Positions 1 through 8,700 of a stretch of 64,000 nt of DNA are shown one piece after another. A model generated the notes under the pieces. That model saw nothing but the letters and a program-made list of their open reading frames with translations. It did not search any database and had not been told where the DNA came from. The number at the start of each line of letters is the position of its first letter. Positions within the stretch are counted from its first letter, which is position 1. The DNA lies in assembly GCA_964552945.1 (NCBI GenBank), contig CAZKIP010000007.1:745-64744 (forward strand), read 5' to 3'. The translations under genes were made by a program, and so were the position numbers. This DNA comes from an uncultured Methanosarcinales archaeon. Its GTDB lineage: Archaea; Nanobdellota; Nanobdellia; Woesearchaeales; GW2011-AR9.

Positions 1-2171
1 GCAGTTTCAATATAGAATCAAGTAATACTACATTTAATGTTTCTATCTTTGATGCAAACATTGAAACGGTAAAATTTGTATTCAACAATGGAACGGGAGC
101 AGATTTCAATGTTACACCACAAAATCAATCAGGGTATTGGGTTGCTAGTTACAATGTTTCAACATTAGATACAGCAACACAAACAGTGAAAGTATATGCA
201 AATGATTCATTAGGACATTTAAATTACACAGTCGAATTGACGTTTACAGTAAGTACAGATTCAGTTCCACCAAATGTAACCTGGACCACACCAATAAACA
301 CAAGTAATTTTTCAAAAACATCTAGTAATCAAACATTTAATGTAAGTATTAACGAAGCCAACGTATATGGAGTGTTATTCATCTTTGACAATGGAACAGG
401 AACAGAGTTTAATATTTCAGCAACAAACCAATCAGGAAAATGGGTCACTTCATACAATGTTTCATCTTTAGACGAAGCAACACAAACAGTTAGAGTGTCT
501 GCAAATGACACCTCAGGAAATGTAAACAACACACAAAAAATTACGATTACAACAGATTTCACACCGCCAAACGTGACATGGATTACTCCAACAAACACAA
601 GTAATTTCTCAATAGCTTCAAGTAACCAAACATTCAACACATCTATCTTTGATGCAAACATTAAAACAGTCTGGTTCTCATTTGATAATGGAACGGGAAC
701 AGATTTTAACATTACAGCAAATAATAACTCTGGGTATTGGGCTGCACCATATAATGTTTCAAGCTTAGCAGAAGGGATACAAACAATTATGATTATAGCA
801 AACGATTCAGCAGGAAATGTAAACACAACACAAAGTATTACAATAACAACAGATTACACTATACCTGTAGTTAACATCACATTCCCAACTAACGGAACCA
901 ATTTCAGTATTGGATCTTATAATCAAACTTTCAATGTAAGTATCCAAGAAAGAGACATAGGAACTGTCTTATTTAATTTTGATAATTCATCCGGAACAGG
1001 ATTCAACCTTACTCCAACAAATCAATCAGGATATTGGGTAGCTAGTTACAATGTTTCAAAGCTAGCAAATGGAACACACCTATTAACAATTTTAGTTAAC
1101 GACACTGTAAACAATAAAAATAATACGCAAACAATAAATTTCACTTTTGATAATAGAACAATGCCTGTCGCTCCTGCCCCTGCAGGTGCAGGAAATACAG
1201 GAAGTAGTGGAGGAGGAGGTTCAAGTAGTAGTTCAGGTGGTAGTGCCGCCCCAGCAGCACCATCTGCTCCTTCACCACCTTCTGCCCCAGCACCAGCAAA
1301 AACTCCAGCAAAAGCCCCAGCAAAAAAAGCTAGTGTAAGTAAATCAGCGGTAGGGAAAGGAGATTCTGTAAGCGCCCAAAAAAGTAAAGCTGGAAGAAAA
1401 GGTATTGCTACAGGTTTAGCTTTATTTCAGGATTTAGGTACAGTAACTGCAAAATATAGTGTTTATGTAATTCCTTTTGTAGGAATTATTTTAATGATGC
1501 TTGGGTTAAGTTATGCGATACCTGTTGCAAGAAGAAGGCTTCGCCATAAAATTCAAAGAGAAACAGTCATGGTTCATTCCCCTTATGTAGAATTAGAAAA
1601 AGAAGAAAGAAAGCCAATTAAACAGTGGGGTTTCCATCCCGATCCTTTGCTAGAAAAAGAATTCGAAGATTTAAACACCCAGATTGCCCACATCAGAAAA
1701 GATAGTGAAAAAGTTCCTTTCCATGCTCGGGTATCTAAAGGTTACGAATTAGCAACAAAAAGAGTTCACAAGGAGTTAGAAAAAATTAAAGGAAAAACTC
1801 TCCCTACTTCACAACCAAGAATTCTTTCTCAATCCGAAAAACACAGAGAACTTTTACAAAAGATGGAAGAAATAAATGCTAAAATTGCCAAATTGAAAAT
1901 GGCTAAGGGAGAAAAATTTAAGGTGATTAGCTCTGCTCCAAAAACTAGTATTAAAAATAAAGTAAAAGAAAAAAGAATCTTTCAAACAATAAGTAGAAAA
2001 ATAAGACCAAGAAGTATGATAGAAAAATACGAAATAACTGCCGCCAGGCAAGTAAAAAGAATAAGTAAAAAAGTTGAAAAGATGACTGTTGCAAATAATG
2101 AGCTTTCATCAATAGATGAAGAGATTGCTAAAGTTAAAAGAAAATTAGAACAACAAAAGAATAAATATTAA
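1..2171 (+). CDS. 5'-partial surface (S-layer-like) protein. At least four tandem Ig-like modules of about 99 aa, each carrying about 11 N-X-S/T sequons. These are followed by a Pro/Ala/Ser/Gly linker, one TM helix and a basic, Lys-rich coiled-coil cytoplasmic tail.
   Basis: The reading frame is open from base 3 and continues the same repeat as ORF 186..2171. The DNA repeat period is about 297 bp (motif starts near 267, 564 and 865). Sequons NVT/NTS/NFS/NQT/NGT recur densely. A TM segment (VYVIPFVGIILMMLGLSYAI) is followed by the tail RRRLRHK and a K/E-rich C-terminus. Confidence 0.6.
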   Translation, partial: SFNIESSNTTFNVSIFDANIETVKFVFNNGTGADFNVTPQNQSGYWVASYNVSTLDTATQTVKVYANDSLGHLNYTVELTFTVSTDSVPPNVTWTTPINTSNFSKTSSNQTFNVSINEANVYGVLFIFDNGTGTEFNISATNQSGKWVTSYNVSSLDEATQTVRVSANDTSGNVNNTQKITITTDFTPPNVTWITPTNTSNFSIASSNQTFNTSIFDANIKTVWFSFDNGTGTDFNITANNNSGYWAAPYNVSSLAEGIQTIMIIANDSAGNVNTTQSITITTDYTIPVVNITFPTNGTNFSIGSYNQTFNVSIQERDIGTVLFNFDNSSGTGFNLTPTNQSGYWVASYNVSKLANGTHLLTILVNDTVNNKNNTQTINFTFDNRTMPVAPAPAGAGNTGSSGGGGSSSSSGGSAAPAAPSAPSPPSAPAPAKTPAKAPAKKASVSKSAVGKGDSVSAQKSKAGRKGIATGLALFQDLGTVTAKYSVYVIPFVGIILMMLGLSYAIPVARRRLRHKIQRETVMVHSPYVELEKEERKPIKQWGFHPDPLLEKEFEDLNTQIAHIRKDSEKVPFHARVSKGYELATKRVHKELEKIKGKTLPTSQPRILSQSEKHRELLQKMEEINAKIAKLKMAKGEKFKVISSAPKTSIKNKVKEKRIFQTISRKIRPRSMIEKYEITAARQVKRISKKVEKMTVANNELSSIDEEIAKVKRKLEQQKNKY

Positions 2172-2175
2172 AAGA

Positions 2176-2697
2176 TTATTCGCTTAAAACGTTTATTTTA
2201 CATGAGCAAGGAAATTTCTTAGAAGCCCTCTTTAAAGCTTCTTTAGCAACCTTAACATTAGCCTTATTCACTCTAACTTCCATTAAAGTTTGACCTTCTT
2301 TAACCCTAGCTGCAGAACCAATAGATTTACCATAAGATTTCTTCATTCCCGTACTCAAACGATCTGCTCCAGCACCACTTGCCAAAGCGTTTTCTCTTAA
2401 GATGTGAAAAGGATAAATTCTGATTTTTAGTAAATAATCTTTTACCAAATTTCTTTCTAATAACCGATTTGAAGTCATTCTTGCCGACTCAATAGCATTG
2501 TGCCTAATATTCATGGCTCTTGTCGCATTAAGAACAACCACAGTATCAAATTCCTTATTTGGAGAACCCATAACAAACTTAATAACTTTCATATGAGGAA
2601 ACCCTCCCCTAACAAAGTTTTTAGTGGTATACTTACTAACTCGAGTGTAAGGCCTCTCTAGGTTCTGATACGCTGCAAACTTTCTTAATTTTGCCAT
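2176..2697 (-). CDS. rpl10e: 50S ribosomal protein L10e (uL16)
   Basis: The stretch GAGADRLSTGMKKSYGKSIGSAARVKEGQTLMEVR matches the conserved L10e/L16 core. The size is 173 aa. Confidence 0.85.
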   Translation of the reverse strand: MAKLRKFAAYQNLERPYTRVSKYTTKNFVRGGFPHMKVIKFVMGSPNKEFDTVVVLNATRAMNIRHNAIESARMTSNRLLERNLVKDYLLKIRIYPFHILRENALASGAGADRLSTGMKKSYGKSIGSAARVKEGQTLMEVRVNKANVKVAKEALKRASKKFPCSCKINVLSE

Positions 2698-2739
2698 TTT
2701 TAGCTGTAGATGGGGCTTATTTATAAAGATTACGGGTAA

Positions 2740-5214
2740 TTAAGCAACAGATTGAGAGAGATGTTGTTGTAAACAAAATTTAAATCTTGTCTTCAAACGA
2801 ATATCCTGTTTATTATTACTTTTACCAAGTTGACCATAAACTCCTCCTGAAGTTCCAGACTTAGGAAATGAAGCCCAAATGGGTGCAATTCTATCCCAAA
2901 TAGGCCAAAAATCATCGCTTTTAATAGCTTGTTTAAGTTTCGTAGTACTAACACCAGTACCATGAGCCAGTTTCAGTGCCCCTTTATCTTGATCTAAAGG
3001 ATAAAACCCATTAACGAATTCTTTATTTTTTTTCAGGCCACTATAAGTGCTCCATAAAAATTGGTACCTTCCAGCCCCAGTACTTCGACAACTTTTAGCT
3101 GAACAATCATTTTTTTGCAAACAAGATTTTTTCCAACAAATCCCTTTATTAGTAATTTCGCCGGTCTCAACAGGATGCCCTTTAAGACTCTTAATTTGTT
3201 TAAAAGTCACCATATAATCGTATCTACCTGCTTTATCTGATCCTAACTCAGCTAAGCCAATTGTATCTAGAAGAGCCCTTTCTTCAGGAGAACCATGCTG
3301 AGCAACACAAGCCCCTTCTTTTGGAGTTAAACCAACGTCTCCTTTTGATGCTCCTGAACTCGAAGAAACCTCCTTTTTTACGGGATACACAACATCAAAA
3401 TCCATCCAACCTTTGTCAACTACAAATATATTGCCTTTGATAGCAGCGTTTAAAGTTAATTTATCACTAACCTTCAACCACGCTTGATCTATTTCCTTAC
3501 ATTTCTTTCCATTTTGACAATTCTGCGGAACCTCTTGAACCGAAGGCACAGAACTTGCTCCAGAACCCCCCCCAGAGGTCCCACTAGCTTTTTTAGACAA
3601 ACCCCACTCTCTTCTTAGCTCATCTATCTGAGAACTACTCAAACCAGTTTGAGCAATATAAACATCTTGATATACCTTAACTCCAACTCTTGCATGGCCT
3701 TCTGAATTCCAATGTCTTTGATCACCGGAATTACAATAAGCACATTTATCCTTATCAATTGGGTCTTCTAAAGCAGGACCTAAATCAATTGCTTTAACAA
3801 CCCCTAATTGATCTTTGTTAAGCCAAGAACCCCTACTATTTAACAACTCATTATTAAATTTCTTTACACAACTGCTTTGCCAATTGTTACGTGGACTTAT
3901 TGTGGTGACATATATCTTTTTCACACCCACTTTTTGAGCTCTATCAACCATTTTTATTAAAGAAGTTTTACTGTAAGTACATTGACCGCCTTTTTTATAA
4001 ACCATATTCCCAGAAGGATTTATTATCAAAATATCTAAGGGGTCGCCATTAGGTTTCAAAAAATTCTCAGTAAGAAATTTCAATTGTCGATTAGGAGCAT
4101 AGCCTCCAATTGCTTCCACATTAATTTTTTGGCTACCTGCACAAAGTTTTTTTCTTAAGTAGTATTTCGCCCAACCATAACCAGGAGCAGTATTGGAAGC
4201 ACCAGTAATCCCCACATACAAGTCCTTGCATTTTTCAGAAGTTTTATCTTCTATAATTCCAGCCCCAATAGTAGAAACAGAAATGATTCCTTTATCTTTC
4301 AAAAATTCCTTCCCTTTTTCATAAATTGTTGCTGCATCGCCACTATACCAAACATTAAAAATTTCTCTTCTGTAAGCCTTGCCACTTTTCCAAAAATATA
4401 ATGTTTCAGCTTTCTCCCACATTAATTCCTGGGAAGGCTTTCCATCAACAACTTTTGAATAAATCCTCCACCCACTTTTATCTTGATAATAAAATAATTC
4501 ATCACCAAAATAAGTAGATGGATATTCTGTATTATCTTCCCAAGTTGTAGTAGGCCCATAAAGTGGGGGTGAAGAAACTTTATCATCTAAACCATTCCAT
4601 CCTTCCAAAGGAGAGGAGTATAATAACCGATTTTTACCTTCAGAAGCTTTCTCTGAATAGATATAAATTCCATCATCTGAAGAAACCCATTGTGCAATCT
4701 TATCTGAATTTTGTAAAATTACTAACCACCCACCTTGACTCCAACTAAAAATGTCAAGAACAAAATCCATTTGGCTAGGAGAAGCTAATAGGAGATAAGG
4801 ATATGGTGCAGAGGGAGGAGTTTGAACAGCAGGCCCAGATTCAAGAAAATTTTCTGGGATAAAACCGTCTTTCCATTCAGCATAAAGTTCTATTTTTCTA
4901 TAACTCTTTTTTCCCTCTTTTAACATAAATTCGTAATGTTTAGTTTTCCAATTAATCTCGCCATCTTTCTTAAGAACCAATAACCACCCTTCTTTAATCC
5001 ATGTCCAACCACCGATCTCTTCACCAGTTGCCAGAAAACTATCTGGATCTCCTGAAAATTCAGGTGCACCAAAAGGTTTGGGTTGAGAATTTGCATCAGA
5101 AATCATCTCATCAGTTAAAAGAGAAATCGCCTTTTCCAAAGTAGGTTCTTCAGCTAAAGAACTAAAAGTAAACATGGAGGCCAAAATTACAAGCAAAATA
5201 ATTATTTTCTTCAT
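2740..5214 (-). CDS. Secreted 824-aa multidomain protein with a central SGNH/GDSL-type hydrolase-like domain and a possible lysozyme or transglycosylase-like C-terminal region.
   Basis: N-terminal signal peptide MKKIIILLVILASMFTFSSLA. The SGNH block III (GxND-like) is ...INPSGNMV. The block V pattern DxxH...G is SGDQRHWNSEGHARVG. Gly/Ser linkers are present. The C-terminal segment STGAGRYQFLWSTY weakly resembles an SLT motif. Confidence 0.55.
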   Translation of the reverse strand: MKKIIILLVILASMFTFSSLAEEPTLEKAISLLTDEMISDANSQPKPFGAPEFSGDPDSFLATGEEIGGWTWIKEGWLLVLKKDGEINWKTKHYEFMLKEGKKSYRKIELYAEWKDGFIPENFLESGPAVQTPPSAPYPYLLLASPSQMDFVLDIFSWSQGGWLVILQNSDKIAQWVSSDDGIYIYSEKASEGKNRLLYSSPLEGWNGLDDKVSSPPLYGPTTTWEDNTEYPSTYFGDELFYYQDKSGWRIYSKVVDGKPSQELMWEKAETLYFWKSGKAYRREIFNVWYSGDAATIYEKGKEFLKDKGIISVSTIGAGIIEDKTSEKCKDLYVGITGASNTAPGYGWAKYYLRKKLCAGSQKINVEAIGGYAPNRQLKFLTENFLKPNGDPLDILIINPSGNMVYKKGGQCTYSKTSLIKMVDRAQKVGVKKIYVTTISPRNNWQSSCVKKFNNELLNSRGSWLNKDQLGVVKAIDLGPALEDPIDKDKCAYCNSGDQRHWNSEGHARVGVKVYQDVYIAQTGLSSSQIDELRREWGLSKKASGTSGGGSGASSVPSVQEVPQNCQNGKKCKEIDQAWLKVSDKLTLNAAIKGNIFVVDKGWMDFDVVYPVKKEVSSSSGASKGDVGLTPKEGACVAQHGSPEERALLDTIGLAELGSDKAGRYDYMVTFKQIKSLKGHPVETGEITNKGICWKKSCLQKNDCSAKSCRSTGAGRYQFLWSTYSGLKKNKEFVNGFYPLDQDKGALKLAHGTGVSTTKLKQAIKSDDFWPIWDRIAPIWASFPKSGTSGGVYGQLGKSNNKQDIRLKTRFKFCLQQHLSQSVA

Positions 5215-5798
5215 TTTATCAATTCAAACATTTTTGTTGTTATTATTTTTTTATTCAATTGGGGATTTTCAATTATAAAATCTACGGAATATTCTCCTGC
5301 CAAAGCTTCTTCAGATAAAGTAAAGTAATCTGCGAAAACTACCACTTCACTTTCCATCATGCTACTACCCGAGAATTGGTGAGAATTTTTTTGATCTGCT
5401 TCAAAGATGGTAAATCCTCTAGGATCTTTAACACGATAATTTCTTTTTAATGATATGACATTGCCAGAAACACTACTCTCAACAGCAAACCACAAATAAA
5501 CTCTCTCTCCTTCTGCAAAAGATTCTTTTTCTTGATCACAATACAAATCTTCATCAACAAAATCACAGAAAAGTAAATCTCTCAAAACTAAAGATCCCGC
5601 TCTATCAAAAGGAATAAATTCCGTATTCAAAATTTTCTGCTGACTTTCTCCATCTTTAACATTAATTACTTCCGTCTTTACTAAAATTAAAATAACCGAA
5701 CTTGTTAAAACTACAATAATTAAAAATATCAGTAAGGAAACGAACACTCCACCTTTTTTATTCATTTTATTTAGCTTCATTTTGGACAACACTTCCAA
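5211..5798 (-). CDS. Membrane-anchored hypothetical protein (N-terminal signal anchor, extracellular domain).
   Basis: One N-terminal TM helix (VFVSLLIFLIIVVLTSSVILILV). There is a 4-bp ATGA overlap with the downstream gene and a 22-bp overlap with the upstream giant gene, which implies co-transcription. Confidence 0.5.
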   Translation of the reverse strand: MEVLSKMKLNKMNKKGGVFVSLLIFLIIVVLTSSVILILVKTEVINVKDGESQQKILNTEFIPFDRAGSLVLRDLLFCDFVDEDLYCDQEKESFAEGERVYLWFAVESSVSGNVISLKRNYRVKDPRGFTIFEADQKNSHQFSGSSMMESEVVVFADYFTLSEEALAGEYSVDFIIENPQLNKKIITTKMFELIK

Positions 5799-8700
5799 TC
5801 GCTCGGATTTTTAATACCTCTTTTTTTCAAAATTGAATCTTGACATTGTAAGGACACACATTTATCTGCTTTAGTTTGATCAAAGGTAGACAACTTAGTA
5901 TCCTGACAACTAAAATCTTCATACTGTGGCAAAGTTTCGCATTTTGTTAAAGCACTTGTTTCCCCACAATACTTTTGGAATCTCTTATCAACATCATTAT
6001 CAATCAAACAAAGATACTTCTTTATTTTCTTATATTCAGTTGTTCCAGTTACATATGCAGGATATCCTCCTTCAGCAAATCCTGGTTCAAAGAATCTACC
6101 AAGCAAACTAATAATTTCTCCTCTGAAATTATCCTTCCCTTGCATCACATAGCTAGAAATCCAATAATATAAAGCACTAGCATCATCTAAATTATTCTCT
6201 TTTAATTTAACAATGGCTTCCGCTTTATTTTGAACTAACTGATAATTATCATTCATAAAATCGTCATGCATCCCTATGGCTACAGCAACTTCTTCTTTTT
6301 GAAGTTGTAATTTTATTTTCTGAGTATGAGAGTTTTTCCCAAAGGAACTTTTTGGAACTAAATTGATTGCAGTAAAACAATTATCTCCTGCTCCAGGTTG
6401 TAATAACTCCACTTTAACATTTAAAGAGCCCACATTACCTTTTGAAGAACTCGTCGAAGGAACAGTTTTATATTCACATTTCCCGTTACTCTTCTCAGGA
6501 TTACCTAGAACTTTCTTAAATCTAAACTCACCTAATGTAAAAACAGCAGCATCTATATCGCTCTTAGTTAAATCAATGTCTCCGCCATAAGATAAATAGC
6601 CATTCTTATTAAGATCATACTTCTTACTATTTCCACCAGGAATAACAGAAACATCATTATTACCAACTCTTAGTTGATATTTGTTATTGCTCTGTTTCTC
6701 AAAAAAGAAAGGCATGTTCACACTTTTTGAAGTTGCTTCATCTGGCCAAGCAACAATCTCCAGTTCTTTCCCATTTCCACCACATCCTGCATCACTCACA
6801 GTATCTCTTCTAACAATCGTACCTACTTTACCACCACTGATCATGTCTGGAGTAACTCTTCCTAAACTTAAACTTGGTGCAACCGTACCTGTGTAACCTT
6901 CTCCCAACAAAACAATTTGTTTATTCTTACCTTTGTTATCGGTAACTTTCAAACAAGCTTTATCATTACCTATTCTAACATAAGGTTTCACAACTATTTC
7001 ATTATTTAAAACAAAAAGGTTAGGGGTCTTACAATCAACAAATTCTTCAGTTTCTTTGTTATAACAACGTAAGAAAGGATGTTCTAAATAAGATTGTCCT
7101 CCTTGAAATAATGTACTTAATTCAGGACAGAGATATCTTCCTGTAGCAAAGTCAACTTGACATTGTGCAAATTCCTTACCTGCTTTATGACTTAAAGGGA
7201 AATAAAATAACCCTCCCTGTGCAGTTTGATATCCTTCATCAAAACACTCTTTAGGGTCTTGACCTGATTCTAAAAATAATTCTAATTTTACATGATCATA
7301 TCTGAAATGACTGCTGATTTGTAGAGGATTTTTGTAAGGAATATCATATGGTTGTAATCTAGTAAGTGATCCAAATTTAGAGCCACTTTGAATTATTTTT
7401 TCCTTATCACCCTGGAATGGAGTATTCTGGTTACTTGCTTTCAAACAATCACATCCTTGTCCATCACAAGATTGATCTATTCCTTTATTTCCTAAATCTT
7501 CTACACCAATACATTTTAAGCTAGTTCTGTATCCTCTTAACCGACATCCTGGAATAATATCCATCCCTAAATTGTAAGTAAATTGAGGTAAACCTTGAAT
7601 TGGGTCAAATGAAGTGAATTCCCTGTTAGCAATTAGAGGAAGAACACTAGTTTTCATAGGTCTTCCATAAGCAGAATCTGTAAGGAAATCAAAATTTGAT
7701 GGAAAGTCATAACCTAAAGCAAACAAACACATTGATTGAGTAAATCCTTCAGAACCAACTCTAAATTGTTGTTCAGCAACAGCACCATAATCATCTTTCA
7801 AATCGCTGGTTGAACCTTTCAACCCTTCTGGGATCCCTTGTCTAAGAGCTTTAAAAAGTTGAGTTGCGTCTCCATCCGTAGGGTCTTTAAGTTCGGGTAC
7901 ATCATCAAATGTAACAGGTGAACATTGGTTTGTTAAAAGAGAAATTCCACTATAGATCCAACTACAAACTGTGTTGGTGAAAAAAGTTTTACAAGAACCA
8001 GCATCCTGAATTGCTGAATTCTTAGCTGCTAAAATACAATTTCTAAATTGAATTAATCCATTCTGTAACAGAGTTAATTGATCTTGGATTCTAGGTAAAC
8101 ACATGGTTTGCCAAGCTGGAACATAATCTCTAGGGTTAATTCTAGCAATTTTTTTATCTCCCACAAAATCGGAGATGTGATCTAAACCAAAAGCGGCGGT
8201 GAAATCTCTTCCACCATAATATCTCCATTCAGGATAGTAAGTTCCTTTATTTCTGCCAGATTCTCTATAAATAGAAGATTGTCGGTAACTCCATTCTTCA
8301 ACAACTTCATTTTCTTTTTTCAAAGCAACCCTAACACTTTTACTTTTCTTTAAAGGAACGTCTTGTTTCTCACATGCACATTGATATTTATCTCCAGTAT
8401 TTTCTTCCACAAAACAATCTTTCGTATAACCAGCAGTGAAAGTTGAAGCATCAACTTTTTTACCAACACTACTTCTTAATTTAAGACCTGAAAGGCTTTT
8501 CTCTTCCTTATAACATCCACCACCAGTCAAATAAGCACCAGATTTTTCATCCAATCTATAACCATCTGAAACTGCACGGAAACCAGATTTAGCTTTACAA
8601 ACATTTTTACAACTTTTCTCTTCAGCAACACAAGCAGGCCCGTTTAGATCTCCTTTAAGAGCCAAAACTTTGGATTTAGTTTGTCCAGGATTTAAGACAG

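Noticed and set aside
329-826. Antisense ORFs in the track that lie wholly inside long genes (329..826, 1141..1323, 4563..4748, 5926..6172, 10446..10703, 29123..33166 set, 44155..44919, 57158..57484, 57378..57683 and similar).
   Set aside because: They are embedded opposite long ORFs with clear protein-family signatures. They have low-complexity or odd composition and no start or RBS context. They are shadow ORFs, not genes.
1-1140. A periodic ~297-bp DNA repeat, considered as a possible CRISPR array or satellite.
   Set aside because: The period is about 300 bp, the repeat is in frame, and it encodes Ig-like protein modules. There are no short direct repeats with unique spacers. This is a coding tandem repeat, not CRISPR.
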